Assembly (NCBI GenBank): GCA_004557245.1
Contig: SFEL01000004.1
Span: 10,821 to 74,820 of the forward strand
Source of the DNA: Clostridiales bacterium
GTDB taxonomy: Bacteria > Bacillota > Clostridia > Christensenellales > CAG-138
Direction: 5' to 3'
Length of the DNA: 64,000 bases
Shown: one piece after another, positions 43,128 through 53,215 of the stretch
Layout: each line of letters starts with the position of its first letter
How positions within the stretch are numbered: the first letter of the stretch is position 1
The notes under the pieces: generated by a model
The model's input: only the letters and a program-made list of their open reading frames with translations
What the model was told of the DNA's origin: nothing
Database searches by the model: none
Made by a program: the position numbers and the translations under genes

Positions 43128-45355
43128 AAGTCATCGCGGCAAAGAACATAGGCTTCTGCTTCGGCGTGGAGCGGGCTATAGAGATAGCCCGTAAAGAGGT
43201 AGAGGACGGCGGTACCGTATACACCTACGGCGAGCTCATACATAACCTTACTGTCATAGATGAGCTTCGCGCCGAGGGGATAATACCCGCCGAGACGCTC
43301 GAAGATATACCTGCCGGCAGCAATGTCATAATACGATCCCATGGCGTAGCGCCGGAGGAGATAGACAAGTGCCGCAAGCTGGGGCTTGATGCTGTTGACG
43401 CCACATGCCCATTCGTAAAGCGCATACACAACATAGTTAAAAAACACTCTGATGAAGGATATTCAGTTGTAATATTCGGCGAGAGCAGGCACCCGGAGGT
43501 GAAAGGCATACAGGGCTGGGCAAAAGGCGCAGCCGTCGTGTCCGATCCTGAGCAGGCGAGGAAACTGCCGCATATGCAGAAGTGCTGCCTCGTGTCCCAG
43601 ACCACCGCCTGCGAAGAATGCTTCCGCCAGGTGGAGGAAGCAATAAGTGAAAGATGCGATGAGCTGGCATCGTTCGATACTATTTGCGAGACCACACGTT
43701 TAAGACAGAACGAGGCGGCGGAACTGAGCAGGAAATGCACCCACATGTTCGTGATTGGCGGACATCACAGCTCAAATACACAAAAACTGTGTGCGATATG
43801 TAAAAAGTATTGCAAAACCGTTGAATCTCTGGCAAAAGTAGGCGAAATAACCCTTGAAAATATTGATATCAATGATATAATAGGGGTTGTTGGAGGCGCA
43901 TCGACGCCGAAATGGATTATATTGGAGGTTATTGAAAGAATGAGCGAACTGGAAAAGACGATGGCTGCAAGCCCCGAAGAAGAAAAAGTAGAGGCGGTAG
44001 CAGCAGCTGCCGTCCAGGAACCCGTTGCCGAAACCGCTGAAGCTGCCGAGCCCAGCTTTGAGGAAGTGTTCGAAAAGACACTCGTACGCATCAGGAACGG
44101 ACAGATCATCAAGGGCTCCGTCGTACAGATAGTGGACGGCGAAGTATGCGTAAACATTGGTTATAAGTCCGACGGGTTTATTCCACGCAACGAGTTCTCT
44201 TCTGATACTGAAGTCAACCCTGAAGATGTTGTCAAGGTTGGCGACGAGATCGAAGTTGAGGTCATTAAGGTAAACGATGGCGAGGGCAACGTGCTCCTCT
44301 CCCGCAAGAACGTTGAGAGCAAGAAGCTTTGGGACAACCTTATGCAGGACGAAGAGAACCTGCAGGATAAGACTTTTGACGCCGTGGGCAAGGAAGTCGT
44401 AAAGGGCGGTCTGATCGCCACCATCAATGGTATCCGTGCTTTTATTCCCGCATCTCAGCTGTCTACCAAGTATGTTGAGAATATCGGCGAGTTCGTAGGC
44501 AAGGATCTGAAGGTCAAGATCATTGAGGTCGATAAGTCCCGCAAGCGCATCGTAGCATCCCATAAGGCGGTTATGAAGGAAGAAGCCGAAGCTGCTAAGA
44601 AGGAGCTTTGGAACAAGCTGGAAGTCGGTTCCAAGGTAAAGGGCGTTGTGCGCCGCCTGACCGATTTCGGCGCGTTTGTTGATATCGGCGGTATTGATGG
44701 TCTGGTGCATGTTACTGACGTAGCATGGGGCCGCGTAAAGCATCCTTCCGATGTACTTTCCATAGGTCAGGAGATCGAAGTCCTTATCCGCGATGTAGAC
44801 GTCGAGAAACAGCGCGTATCCCTCGGTTATAAGCAGCTCCAGCCCAAGCCTTGGACTATGGCTGCCGAGAAGTACCCCGTAGGCTCCATCGTAGAGGGCA
44901 AGGTAGTGCGCATAGTTCCCTTCGGCGCATTTGTGGCTCTTGAGCCCACTATCGACGGCCTGATTCACATCTCTCAGGTGGGCGTAAAGCGCATCGAGAA
45001 GGTCGAAGACGAGATCAATGTTGGCGATGTAGTACGCTGTAAGGTTCTCGATGTAAATCCTGAGGCAAAGCGTATAAGCCTGAGCCGCCGCGATGTTATC
45101 CTTGAGGAGAACCCTGAGGTAGCAGAGCAGTTGGCAGCTGAAAAGGCTGAGCGTGAACGCGTAGCCGCAGAGCGTGCTGCTGAGCGCGCCGCAGCTGCCG
45201 AAGCCGCAAAGGCTGCTAACGAGGCCCGCGAGGCCGAGCGCGCCGAGCGCCGCCGTCAGCGCCGCGAAGAGAACGAATATGATTTGCCTCCTGTAGAGAA
45301 GGCCACTACTTCTCTGGCAGACAAATTCGCCGGCTTCAAGTTTGACGAGGAGTAA
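43124..45355 (+). CDS. ispH: bifunctional 4-hydroxy-3-methylbut-2-enyl diphosphate reductase / ribosomal protein S1
   Basis: The N-terminal roughly 280 aa are IspH/LytB (GFCFGVERAI, ATCPFV, HHSSNT). A linker follows, then four S1 OB-fold repeats (GSVV.., GVVRRLTDFGAFVDIGG.., GKVVRIVPFGAFVAL..) and a basic/acidic tail. Confidence 0.9.
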   Translation: MKVIAAKNIGFCFGVERAIEIARKEVEDGGTVYTYGELIHNLTVIDELRAEGIIPAETLEDIPAGSNVIIRSHGVAPEEIDKCRKLGLDAVDATCPFVKRIHNIVKKHSDEGYSVVIFGESRHPEVKGIQGWAKGAAVVSDPEQARKLPHMQKCCLVSQTTACEECFRQVEEAISERCDELASFDTICETTRLRQNEAAELSRKCTHMFVIGGHHSSNTQKLCAICKKYCKTVESLAKVGEITLENIDINDIIGVVGGASTPKWIILEVIERMSELEKTMAASPEEEKVEAVAAAAVQEPVAETAEAAEPSFEEVFEKTLVRIRNGQIIKGSVVQIVDGEVCVNIGYKSDGFIPRNEFSSDTEVNPEDVVKVGDEIEVEVIKVNDGEGNVLLSRKNVESKKLWDNLMQDEENLQDKTFDAVGKEVVKGGLIATINGIRAFIPASQLSTKYVENIGEFVGKDLKVKIIEVDKSRKRIVASHKAVMKEEAEAAKKELWNKLEVGSKVKGVVRRLTDFGAFVDIGGIDGLVHVTDVAWGRVKHPSDVLSIGQEIEVLIRDVDVEKQRVSLGYKQLQPKPWTMAAEKYPVGSIVEGKVVRIVPFGAFVALEPTIDGLIHISQVGVKRIEKVEDEINVGDVVRCKVLDVNPEAKRISLSRRDVILEENPEVAEQLAAEKAERERVAAERAAERAAAAEAAKAANEAREAERAERRRQRREENEYDLPPVEKATTSLADKFAGFKFDEE

Positions 45356-45394
45356 GCTTCAAGACAAATAATGATCCCCCCGCATAGCGGGGGG

Positions 45395-46065
45395 TATTTC
45401 AGTTTCGGGCATAGCCCTAATATAACTAGCGGCGCACAAGTGCGCATAAAGTGCCTGCCAGCTTGCGCTTGTTACCTGCCACCCTTAAAAGGGTCTTGCG
45501 GGTCAAATATACTCAGCTGGTCCGTTTCTCTGTCTCTTTTTAATTGTTCTGCTATGTATTCCTTAATAGCTTTTGTGTTCTTCCCTACTGTATCTACATA
45601 ATACCCCTTACACCAGAATTCCCGGTTTCTATATGCAAATTTCATGTTACCATACTTCTGGAATATCATTAAGCTGCTTTTGCCCTTTAAGTATCCCATA
45701 AAGCCCGATACGCTTATCTTTGGTGGTATACTCAGCAGCAGGTGGATGTGATCCGGGCATATTTCCCCCTCTATTATGTCTACTCCTTTCCATTTGCACA
45801 ACGTCCTTATTATCTCTCGTATGTCCTCCCTCTTATCTTCAAAAAATACCTTCCTCCGATACTTTGGCGCAAATACTATGTGGTACTTACAATTCCATTT
45901 CGTATGTGCTAAACTGTTCGTGACGTTATTCTGTTCACTCATCATAATGTCCTCCTAATGTGCTTCTCTTTTCGTTCGCTGGCAGGCTTTCGAACAGTTT
46001 AGCACATTAGGTCTTTTCACCGCTTAAGCTTTCCTGAACCACGCGACTATCGCGTGGTTTTCTAT
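45395..46065 (-). mobile_element. IS200-type insertion sequence (IS200/IS605 family, tnpA only)
   Basis: An element of about 670 bp containing only a Y1 transposase. There is a subterminal perfect hairpin aaccacgcg/cgcgtggtt at 46038-46060. An 11-bp stem cctaatgtgct/agcacattagg occludes the tnpA RBS. Hairpins also lie at the other end (about 45420-45450). No terminal inverted repeats, as expected for this family. Boundaries are approximate. Confidence 0.8.
45472..45945 (-). CDS. tnpA: IS200/IS605 family transposase TnpA (Y1 HUH)
   Basis: 157 aa. WNCKYHIVFAPKYRRKV, the HUH motif PDHIHLLLSIP, and a catalytic Tyr region YIAEQ. Confidence 0.92.
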   Translation of the reverse strand: MMSEQNNVTNSLAHTKWNCKYHIVFAPKYRRKVFFEDKREDIREIIRTLCKWKGVDIIEGEICPDHIHLLLSIPPKISVSGFMGYLKGKSSLMIFQKYGNMKFAYRNREFWCKGYYVDTVGKNTKAIKEYIAEQLKRDRETDQLSIFDPQDPFKGGR

Positions 46066-46164
46066 ATACAATCACAGGGACTGCAAAATGCAGCCCCTGT
46101 TTTTTCTTTTAAAAGGCGCATGTATGGTGTATAATAGGTAGGTAAATTCAGAAAGGAATACCCG

Positions 46165-48777
46165 ATGGCTAATTCGAGCAGAAAAGTAAAAAAGGCTGAG
46201 CTGGAAAGACAGGAGCAGACCGAAAGGGAGATAATAGGTATATGCTTTATCGCTCTTGCGCTTTTCCTTGCCGCTGGAATATATACAGATATGGTAGGCG
46301 TGATAGGAAATGCAGTGAAGAACTTGACCTTCGGCCTGTTCGGAATCGCTGGCTATGCAGCGCCCTTTATTCTTGCCGGCCTGGGTATACTTTCTATCGC
46401 TATGTCAAAATCACCTGCAAGCAGCTCAACGCTGTGGTTGATAGTTGGCGGAGTCGTATGTCTCCTCGTTATTATACATACCGCTACCCGCGGCGAAATA
46501 ACGGTGGACAAGGTGACAGCTTACTATTCCGACGCATATATGTACGGAAAGCTGTACTGCAAGGGCGGCGGACTTTTGGGCGCGCTTCTCGCATATCCTT
46601 CAATGAAGCTTTTAGGTACTGCCGGTACGTATATTTTTTTCGGTGCCGCGGTATTTATAGTATTTCTGGTAGCTACCAAGCTTTCCATACGAACCCTTGG
46701 CCAGAAAGTGGGCAGCGGCATAAGGACCGGCGTGGAATCTGTCTCCGAAAAAGTTCAGCAGGTCCACGCCCGCGATATTGCGGAGCGGCAGGCGCGGTAC
46801 GACTATGAGCACGCGTTCGACGGACTGGAACAAATATATCCGCCAAGGCCAAAGAAGCGCCGTGGCAACGGTAAAGAGCTTTATACCGAAACACTTGGAA
46901 AAAATGAAGAAGGAATGGAACCGACTATACCCAAGCCGCAGAAGTCTGTACGCAGGAAGAATGACGACAGCTATATTGTGCGCCGCAGGGAAGACGACCC
47001 GCGAAACGATTGGGACGGCGATATTTCCTTCCTGCCACAGAATGGAAAACTGCCAAAGCGCAAGGACGACGGCGATCCTTTTGATATACTTTCCGGGCTG
47101 GACGATGGCGAGCTGAAGCCGCTTAAGCGTGTAGATGTCAGCAAGATTACTACTATAGACATGCAGCCTGAAGAGCCGGAGCAGAACTTCGGCTTTGAAG
47201 AGCCGTCCAATGTTGCAGGACTGGATACGGAGTATGAGAAGGATTCTGAAGCAACGTCAGTTAAGGTGGCGGCAGGCGACGATGGGGATACCGAAGCTTC
47301 AATAGCGCCCCAGCCACCGGTATACGTGCGCCCGCCTATCACGCTGCTCAGGAAACCTGCCTTGACGGTATCCAAAGGTGTTGAATCGCCTGTTGCAAAG
47401 GGAAAGAAGCTGGAGGAGACCCTTGCAAGCTTCAATATAGACGCAAAGGTAATAAACTACAGCGTAGGCCCAACCATAACCCGCTTTGAGCTGCACCCGG
47501 CTCAGGGCGTGCGTGTAAATAGAATAACCAGCCTTTCTGACGATATAGCGCTGGCCCTTGCCGCACCTCGCGTAAGGATCGAAGCGCCCATACCCGGCAA
47601 GTCGGCCATAGGTATAGAAATACCAAATAAGGACACGGTGCCGGTTCTGCTCAGGGAGGTAATAGAATCAAGCGAGTTTTCAGACGGCAGCAGCACGCTG
47701 CGATTCGGCATAGGCAAGGATATTGCGGGCAAGGTGCTTTGCGCAGATCTGGATAAGATGCCGCATCTGCTTATTGCCGGTTCCACAGGCTCCGGCAAAA
47801 GCGTCTGTATAAACGACATTATACTGAGCTTCATATACGGCAAAAAGCCCGAAGAGGTAAGGCTTATAATGGTGGACCCCAAGCAGGTGGAGCTGAGGGT
47901 TTACGCCCCAATGCCGCATCTCCTTATGCCTGTTGTTACCGATCCCAAGAAGGCGGCAGGCGCTCTGAAGTGGGCGGTCATGGAGATGGACCAGCGGTAT
48001 AAGAAGATGTCCAAGGTCAACGCCAGAAGCATTTCGAGGTACAATGAGCTTCAGGAGGATCCGGCGGAAAAGCTGCCGAGGCTCGTCATAATAATAGATG
48101 AGCTGGCTGACCTTATGATGGTTGCCGCCAAGGAAGTGGAAGAATCCATATGCCGCATCGCACAGCTGGGCCGCGCGGCGGGCATTCACTTAATAGTGGC
48201 CACACAGCGTCCTTCCACCGACATAATTACCGGACTTATCAAGGCCAACATACCCAGCCGCATAGCGCTGGCGGTTTCCTCCGCTGTAGATTCCAGGGTC
48301 ATAATGGACTGTGGCGGCGCTGAAAAGCTGCTTGGCCGCGGCGATATGCTGTTTCACGCCAACGGCGCAAGCAAGCCGGTGCGCGCCCAGGCGGCATTCG
48401 TCAGCGACGAGGAGGTCGAAAGCATAATGGACTTCTTCACAAGGCAGCAGACGGACGAAAACAAGCCCAGATATCAGGAGATAACCCTGGAGGAGGTTTC
48501 CTCTACGGTGGACGCCGTTACCGGCCAGGGCAACGGCAAGCAGGAGGATGAACTGCTGGACGATGCGGTGAAGATAGTATTGGAGAGCGGTCAGGCGTCC
48601 ATATCCATGATACAGCGGAGGCTCAGGGTCGGTTATGCCAGAGCCGCAAGGCTTATAGATATAATGGAACAGCTGAAGGTCGTAAGCGGCTTTGACGGAA
48701 GCAAGCCGAGAAAGCTCCTGATAAGCAGCTTCGAGGAATATCAGCAGCTTACGGGCGCAGATACGGAGGAAGGATAA
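46165..48777 (+). CDS. ftsK: DNA translocase FtsK/SpoIIIE
   Basis: N-terminal 4 TM helices, a long linker, the motor domain with Walker A GSTGSGKSV and Walker B IIIDELADL, and a C-terminal gamma winged helix (ISMIQRRLRVGYARAARLID). Confidence 0.92.
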   Translation: MANSSRKVKKAELERQEQTEREIIGICFIALALFLAAGIYTDMVGVIGNAVKNLTFGLFGIAGYAAPFILAGLGILSIAMSKSPASSSTLWLIVGGVVCLLVIIHTATRGEITVDKVTAYYSDAYMYGKLYCKGGGLLGALLAYPSMKLLGTAGTYIFFGAAVFIVFLVATKLSIRTLGQKVGSGIRTGVESVSEKVQQVHARDIAERQARYDYEHAFDGLEQIYPPRPKKRRGNGKELYTETLGKNEEGMEPTIPKPQKSVRRKNDDSYIVRRREDDPRNDWDGDISFLPQNGKLPKRKDDGDPFDILSGLDDGELKPLKRVDVSKITTIDMQPEEPEQNFGFEEPSNVAGLDTEYEKDSEATSVKVAAGDDGDTEASIAPQPPVYVRPPITLLRKPALTVSKGVESPVAKGKKLEETLASFNIDAKVINYSVGPTITRFELHPAQGVRVNRITSLSDDIALALAAPRVRIEAPIPGKSAIGIEIPNKDTVPVLLREVIESSEFSDGSSTLRFGIGKDIAGKVLCADLDKMPHLLIAGSTGSGKSVCINDIILSFIYGKKPEEVRLIMVDPKQVELRVYAPMPHLLMPVVTDPKKAAGALKWAVMEMDQRYKKMSKVNARSISRYNELQEDPAEKLPRLVIIIDELADLMMVAAKEVEESICRIAQLGRAAGIHLIVATQRPSTDIITGLIKANIPSRIALAVSSAVDSRVIMDCGGAEKLLGRGDMLFHANGASKPVRAQAAFVSDEEVESIMDFFTRQQTDENKPRYQEITLEEVSSTVDAVTGQGNGKQEDELLDDAVKIVLESGQASISMIQRRLRVGYARAARLIDIMEQLKVVSGFDGSKPRKLLISSFEEYQQLTGADTEEG

Positions 48778-48778
48778 T

Positions 48779-50077
48779 TTGGCTACAACTGTTGGAATGG
48801 TATCTTTGGGCTGCTCTAAAAACAGAGTAGACAGCGAACAGATATTGGGCATGCTTAAAGAAAACGGCTTTGAGATAACCAACGACGAATCTCGGGCCGA
48901 GGTGATAATTGTAAACACCTGTGGTTTTATAAACCCCGCAAAGGAGGAATCCATAGGGACCATACTCGAGATGGCACAGCACAAGAAGGGCGGCAACTGC
49001 CGCCTGCTGGTAGTAACAGGCTGCCTCAGCCAGCGCTACCCCAAGGAACTCCGGGAGGAGCTGCCCGAGGTGGATATATTCTGGGGAGTAAAGGACAAGG
49101 ACGGACTTGTGCGAAAGATAACCGAGGCGGCAGGCGGCAGCTATAAGTGCTGTTCTGAGGACGCACGCATAATAACTACACCATCATATAGCGCTTATCT
49201 TCGTATAGCTGACGGCTGCGATAATCGCTGTACCTACTGCGCCATACCGCTGATACGCGGCGGTAAGGTCAGCATTCCAATGGAAAAACTGGTGAAGGAG
49301 GCACAGAGTCTGGCTGACAGCGGCGTAAAAGAGCTCACGCTGATAGCGCAGGACACTTCTGCTTACGGAACCGATCTGTACGGTAAGCCCATGCTTGCAG
49401 AACTTATGCGCCGTATAGCAAAGATAGATAAGCTGCACTGGATACGTGTGCTTTATTCCTATCCCAACACCATAGACGAAGAGCTGGTGGATACTATGGT
49501 AGCCGATCCGAAGATAGTCAACTATATAGATATACCCATTCAGCATATAGATCCGGATATGCTGAAAGCTATGAACCGCCATGGCTCCGCTGAGCATATC
49601 CGCGAGATAACCGACTATATCAGGCGCACGGCTCCCGACTTCATACTGCGTACCACCGTCATAACAGGCTTCCCCGGGGAGACGGAGGAACAATTCAGCC
49701 ATCTGACCGAATTCCTTAAGGAACACAGCTTTGACAGGCTCGGCGCATTTGCATACTCCCAGGAGGACGACACGCCCGCTGCCGATATGCCGAACCAGAT
49801 AGATGAGGACGTAAAGCAGCGCCGTCTCAAAAGGATAATGTCCCTTCAGCAGGGCATATCCCTTGCGTACAACAAAAAGCGCATAGGTACCGTCACCGAG
49901 GCCCTCGTTGAACAGGTCAGCGGCGATATAGCCTACGGCAGAACATATGCCGAGGCCCCCGAGGTGGACGGTACCGTGATGTTTTCCATCAAAAACAAAG
50001 GGCTGAAACCCGGTGATTTTACCATGATAAAGCTAACCGGTGCGGGCCCTTATGATATGGAAGGAGAAGAAATATGA
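48779..50077 (+). CDS. rimO: ribosomal protein S12 methylthiotransferase RimO (MiaB-family radical SAM)
   Basis: UPF0004 N-terminal domain (SLGCSKNRVDSE), radical SAM CDNRCTYC and a C-terminal TRAM domain. TTG start in the track; an alternative ATG is at 48797. Confidence 0.82.
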   Translation: MATTVGMVSLGCSKNRVDSEQILGMLKENGFEITNDESRAEVIIVNTCGFINPAKEESIGTILEMAQHKKGGNCRLLVVTGCLSQRYPKELREELPEVDIFWGVKDKDGLVRKITEAAGGSYKCCSEDARIITTPSYSAYLRIADGCDNRCTYCAIPLIRGGKVSIPMEKLVKEAQSLADSGVKELTLIAQDTSAYGTDLYGKPMLAELMRRIAKIDKLHWIRVLYSYPNTIDEELVDTMVADPKIVNYIDIPIQHIDPDMLKAMNRHGSAEHIREITDYIRRTAPDFILRTTVITGFPGETEEQFSHLTEFLKEHSFDRLGAFAYSQEDDTPAADMPNQIDEDVKQRRLKRIMSLQQGISLAYNKKRIGTVTEALVEQVSGDIAYGRTYAEAPEVDGTVMFSIKNKGLKPGDFTMIKLTGAGPYDMEGEEI

Positions 50078-50634
50078 AAAACTTAAACATGAACCTTCCC
50101 AACAGGCTTACCCTTATCAGGATAGCGCTGGTGCCGCTGTTTATTGCCTGCTTTTACATTGAAGCCCCTTCGGCAATATATGTGGCATGCGGAATATTCA
50201 TTGCGGCCTTTTTGACCGATATTGCTGACGGGTATCTTGCACGCAGCCGCAATCAGATAACAGACTTCGGCAAGCTTATGGATCCCATAGCGGATAAGCT
50301 CCTTGCGGCAAGCGCACTTATAATGCTTACAGCAAACGGTATGCTCAACCCTATAGCCGCCATTATTATTATTGCCAGAGAGTTCCTTATAAGCGGCTTC
50401 AGGCTTGTAGCCACTGGCAAAGGCGTCGTCATAGCCGCCAGCTGGCTTGGCAAGATAAAGACCATCACTCAGGCGGTGGCGCTGGTGCTGGTAATGCTCA
50501 GCACTCCAATACGTGCATGGCTGGGCTTTAAGCTTGACGCGATAGTGGTATGGATATCCGTGTTCTTTACAGTGATATCTGCCGTTGACTACATTCGCAA
50601 GAATATAAATTGCATCAATTTTGATCAGATATAA
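50074..50634 (+). CDS. pgsA: CDP-diacylglycerol--glycerol-3-phosphate 3-phosphatidyltransferase
   Basis: CDP-alcohol phosphatidyltransferase motif DIADGYLAR...GKLMDPIADK. Confidence 0.9.
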   Translation: MKNLNMNLPNRLTLIRIALVPLFIACFYIEAPSAIYVACGIFIAAFLTDIADGYLARSRNQITDFGKLMDPIADKLLAASALIMLTANGMLNPIAAIIIIAREFLISGFRLVATGKGVVIAASWLGKIKTITQAVALVLVMLSTPIRAWLGFKLDAIVVWISVFFTVISAVDYIRKNINCINFDQI

Positions 50635-50650
50635 CAGGGGCATACTATCA

Positions 50651-51913
50651 ATGAACGCAGAGATTATTTCTGTCGGCACGGAGCTGCTGATGGGACAGAT
50701 ACTCAATACCAACACCCGGTATCTTTCCGGCCGAATGGCTGATTTCGGTATAAACATGTATTATCATGTAACTGTGGGCGATAATCCCACAAGGCTTAAG
50801 CAGTGCATAGCGAACGCCTTTTCACGCTCGGATATAGTGTTGTTCACAGGTGGACTCGGGCCTACCGAGGATGACCTTACCAAGGAGACTGTAGCTGATT
50901 ATTTCGGCCTTGAACTTGTAGTGAATGAGAAATATAAAGCATGGCTGCTGGAAAAAATGTCCTCCCGCGGCTATCCCTGTACGCCCAACAACATTAAACA
51001 GGTCATGTTTCCCGCAGATCACTGCATAATACTGCCAAATCCCAGAGGAACAGCGCCTGGCTGCATAATGGAGAAGAACGGCAAGACTGCTATACTGATG
51101 CCGGGACCTCCATGGGAGATGGAACCCATGTTTGAGGAAGAGGTAGTGCCGTATTTGCAAAAACGCAGCAACTGCATGTTCCATTCCCGTACCATTCGTA
51201 TATTCGGCAAGGGCGAGTCCCAGGTAGAATACGCTATAAAGGACATAGTGGACGCCCAGAGCAATCCAACAATAGCGCCTTATGCCAAGGCGGCCGAGAC
51301 TACTCTACGCATAACCGCCCGCTGTGGCAGCGAGGAGGAAGGGGAGAAGCTCATTCAGCCCGTTATACAGGCCATAGAGGACAGAGTGGGCGAATTTATC
51401 TATTCCACCCACGGCAGGGAAATGCACGAGGTATGCGCGGAACTGCTAAAAGCTAGCGGCCTTAAGATCGCTGTTGCCGAAAGCTGTACCGGCGGCATGA
51501 TAGCCTCCAGGCTTATATCCGTCCCCGGAAGTTCCGAATGGTTCATGGAAGGTGCAGTGACTTATTCCTGCGATTCCAAGATGCGCCGTCTCGGCGTAAA
51601 GGCCGAAACGCTGGAAAAGTATACTGACGTAAGCGCGGAGACTGCCAAAGAGATGGCCGACGGTATACGCCTCCAGAGCGGCGCCGACATAGGTATATCC
51701 ACCACCGGCTACGCAGGACCTACGGGCGCGCCCGGCCTGATCGGACAGGTATTTATCGCCGTTTCCACGGAGGAAGGATGCAACGCATATGAGGTCAATC
51801 TCAAGGGCAACCGTGAAAGAGTGCGGGATGGCGCGGTGCTGAATGCCTTGAATCTTCTCAGGAAACAAATAATTGCAAAAAACAGGTGCAATTTGGATAT
51901 TAACGTGCTATAA
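50651..51913 (+). CDS. cinA: competence/damage-inducible protein CinA (MoCF-binding plus nicotinamide-nucleotide amidase domains)
   Basis: MNAEIISVGTELLMGQILNTN N-terminus and the C-terminal PncC domain (AVAESCTGGM). Confidence 0.9.
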   Translation: MNAEIISVGTELLMGQILNTNTRYLSGRMADFGINMYYHVTVGDNPTRLKQCIANAFSRSDIVLFTGGLGPTEDDLTKETVADYFGLELVVNEKYKAWLLEKMSSRGYPCTPNNIKQVMFPADHCIILPNPRGTAPGCIMEKNGKTAILMPGPPWEMEPMFEEEVVPYLQKRSNCMFHSRTIRIFGKGESQVEYAIKDIVDAQSNPTIAPYAKAAETTLRITARCGSEEEGEKLIQPVIQAIEDRVGEFIYSTHGREMHEVCAELLKASGLKIAVAESCTGGMIASRLISVPGSSEWFMEGAVTYSCDSKMRRLGVKAETLEKYTDVSAETAKEMADGIRLQSGADIGISTTGYAGPTGAPGLIGQVFIAVSTEEGCNAYEVNLKGNRERVRDGAVLNALNLLRKQIIAKNRCNLDINVL

Positions 51914-51959
51914 TAATCTTAATAAGAAACAAATTATGCTGTAAAGGCGGTCTGTAAGT

Positions 51960-52982
51960 ATGATGGAAAAAGAAAAAGCATTGGAAATCGCCCTCTCCAA
52001 GATAGAAAAGGACTTCGGCAAAGGTGCTATAATGAAGCTGGGAGACGCTGCGGCGAATATCAGCGTCTCTACCATACCTTCAGGCTGCTTACAGCTTGAC
52101 TACGCGCTGGGCGTAGGCGGTCTGCCGCGGGGAAGGATAATCGAGATATACGGGCCCGAATCCTCAGGCAAGACTACTCTGGCGCTGCATGCCATAGCGG
52201 AGGCCCAGAAGCTCGGCGGTACAGCGGCATTCATAGACGCCGAACACGCGCTGGATCCGGTATACGCCCACAATCTCGGCGTTGACGTGGATAACCTGTA
52301 TATCTCACAGCCTGATTCCGGTGAGGACGCATTGGAGATATGCGATACACTGGTGCGAAGCGGCGCCATCGACATAATCGTTGTCGACTCTGTCGCGGCG
52401 CTGGTTCCCAAGGCAGAGCTGGAAGGCGATATGGGCGATTCTCATGTTGGCCTTCAGGCGAGGTTGATGTCTCAGGCGCTTAGAAAACTTACCGGCGTCA
52501 TCAGCAAGACAAATACTATTATAATATTCATCAACCAGCTGCGCGAAAAGGTGGGCGTCATGTTTGGCAATCCGGAGACCACCACCGGCGGCAAGGCGCT
52601 GAAGTTCTACGCCTCCGTGCGCATGGACGTACGCAAGCAGGATACAATTAAAAACGGCGCGGAATTTATAGGCAACCGCACCCGCGTAAAGATCGTAAAG
52701 AACAAAGTGGCGCCTCCTTTCAAGACCGCCGAATTCGATATGATATACGGCGAGGGTATATCAAGGGAGAGCTGCATATTGGATATGGCAGTCGACCAAA
52801 AGATAATAAATAAGACCGGAGCGTGGTATTCCTACAATGATATGCGCATGGCCCAGGGTCGCGATAACGCAAGGCTGTTCCTCAAGGACAATAAGGAGCT
52901 TTGTGACGAAATAGAGGCCAGAGTGCGGGAGAAAATGATGCAGGTGCCCGCCAAAACCGAAGAGCCGGAAGAGGAAATATAA
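51960..52982 (+). CDS. recA: recombinase RecA
   Basis: [22 protein letters not shown], Walker [10 protein letters not shown], and [22 protein letters not shown]. Confidence 0.97.
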   Translation: MMEKEKALEIALSKIEKDFGKGAIMKLGDAAANISVSTIPSGCLQLDYALGVGGLPRGRIIEIYGPESSGKTTLALHAIAEAQKLGGTAAFIDAEHALDPVYAHNLGVDVDNLYISQPDSGEDALEICDTLVRSGAIDIIVVDSVAALVPKAELEGDMGDSHVGLQARLMSQALRKLTGVISKTNTIIIFINQLREKVGVMFGNPETTTGGKALKFYASVRMDVRKQDTIKNGAEFIGNRTRVKIVKNKVAPPFKTAEFDMIYGEGISRESCILDMAVDQKIINKTGAWYSYNDMRMAQGRDNARLFLKDNKELCDEIEARVREKMMQVPAKTEEPEEEI

Positions 52983-53215
52983 TGCATTTTGAACGATATA
53001 ACCGTAAATAAAAAACTTATTCTGGCAAATATTATAAGTCAGGGGCCACGCGTCCTTGACTTTTGTTTTGCCATGGGTTTATAATAAATTTTGAGATATT
53101 ATATCGGTGTGTAGTTTCGTAGACCTGCTCTACTGAAATAATAGTCCATGCATGCTGCGTATTTTACGCTCGGATACATAATATATATAGTTTATTTGGA
53201 GGTGCTACACTAAAC

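Noticed and set aside
43772-44968. 398-aa minus-strand ORF
   Set aside because: It is antisense to the S1-repeat half of the ispH/S1 fusion and is a shadow ORF.
51890-51960. LexA (Cheo) box upstream of recA
   Set aside because: I looked for GAAC-N4-GTTC. Only a weak GAAAC-AAAT-TATGC string is present, which is not convincing. recA may be co-transcribed with cinA, or its operator lies elsewhere.
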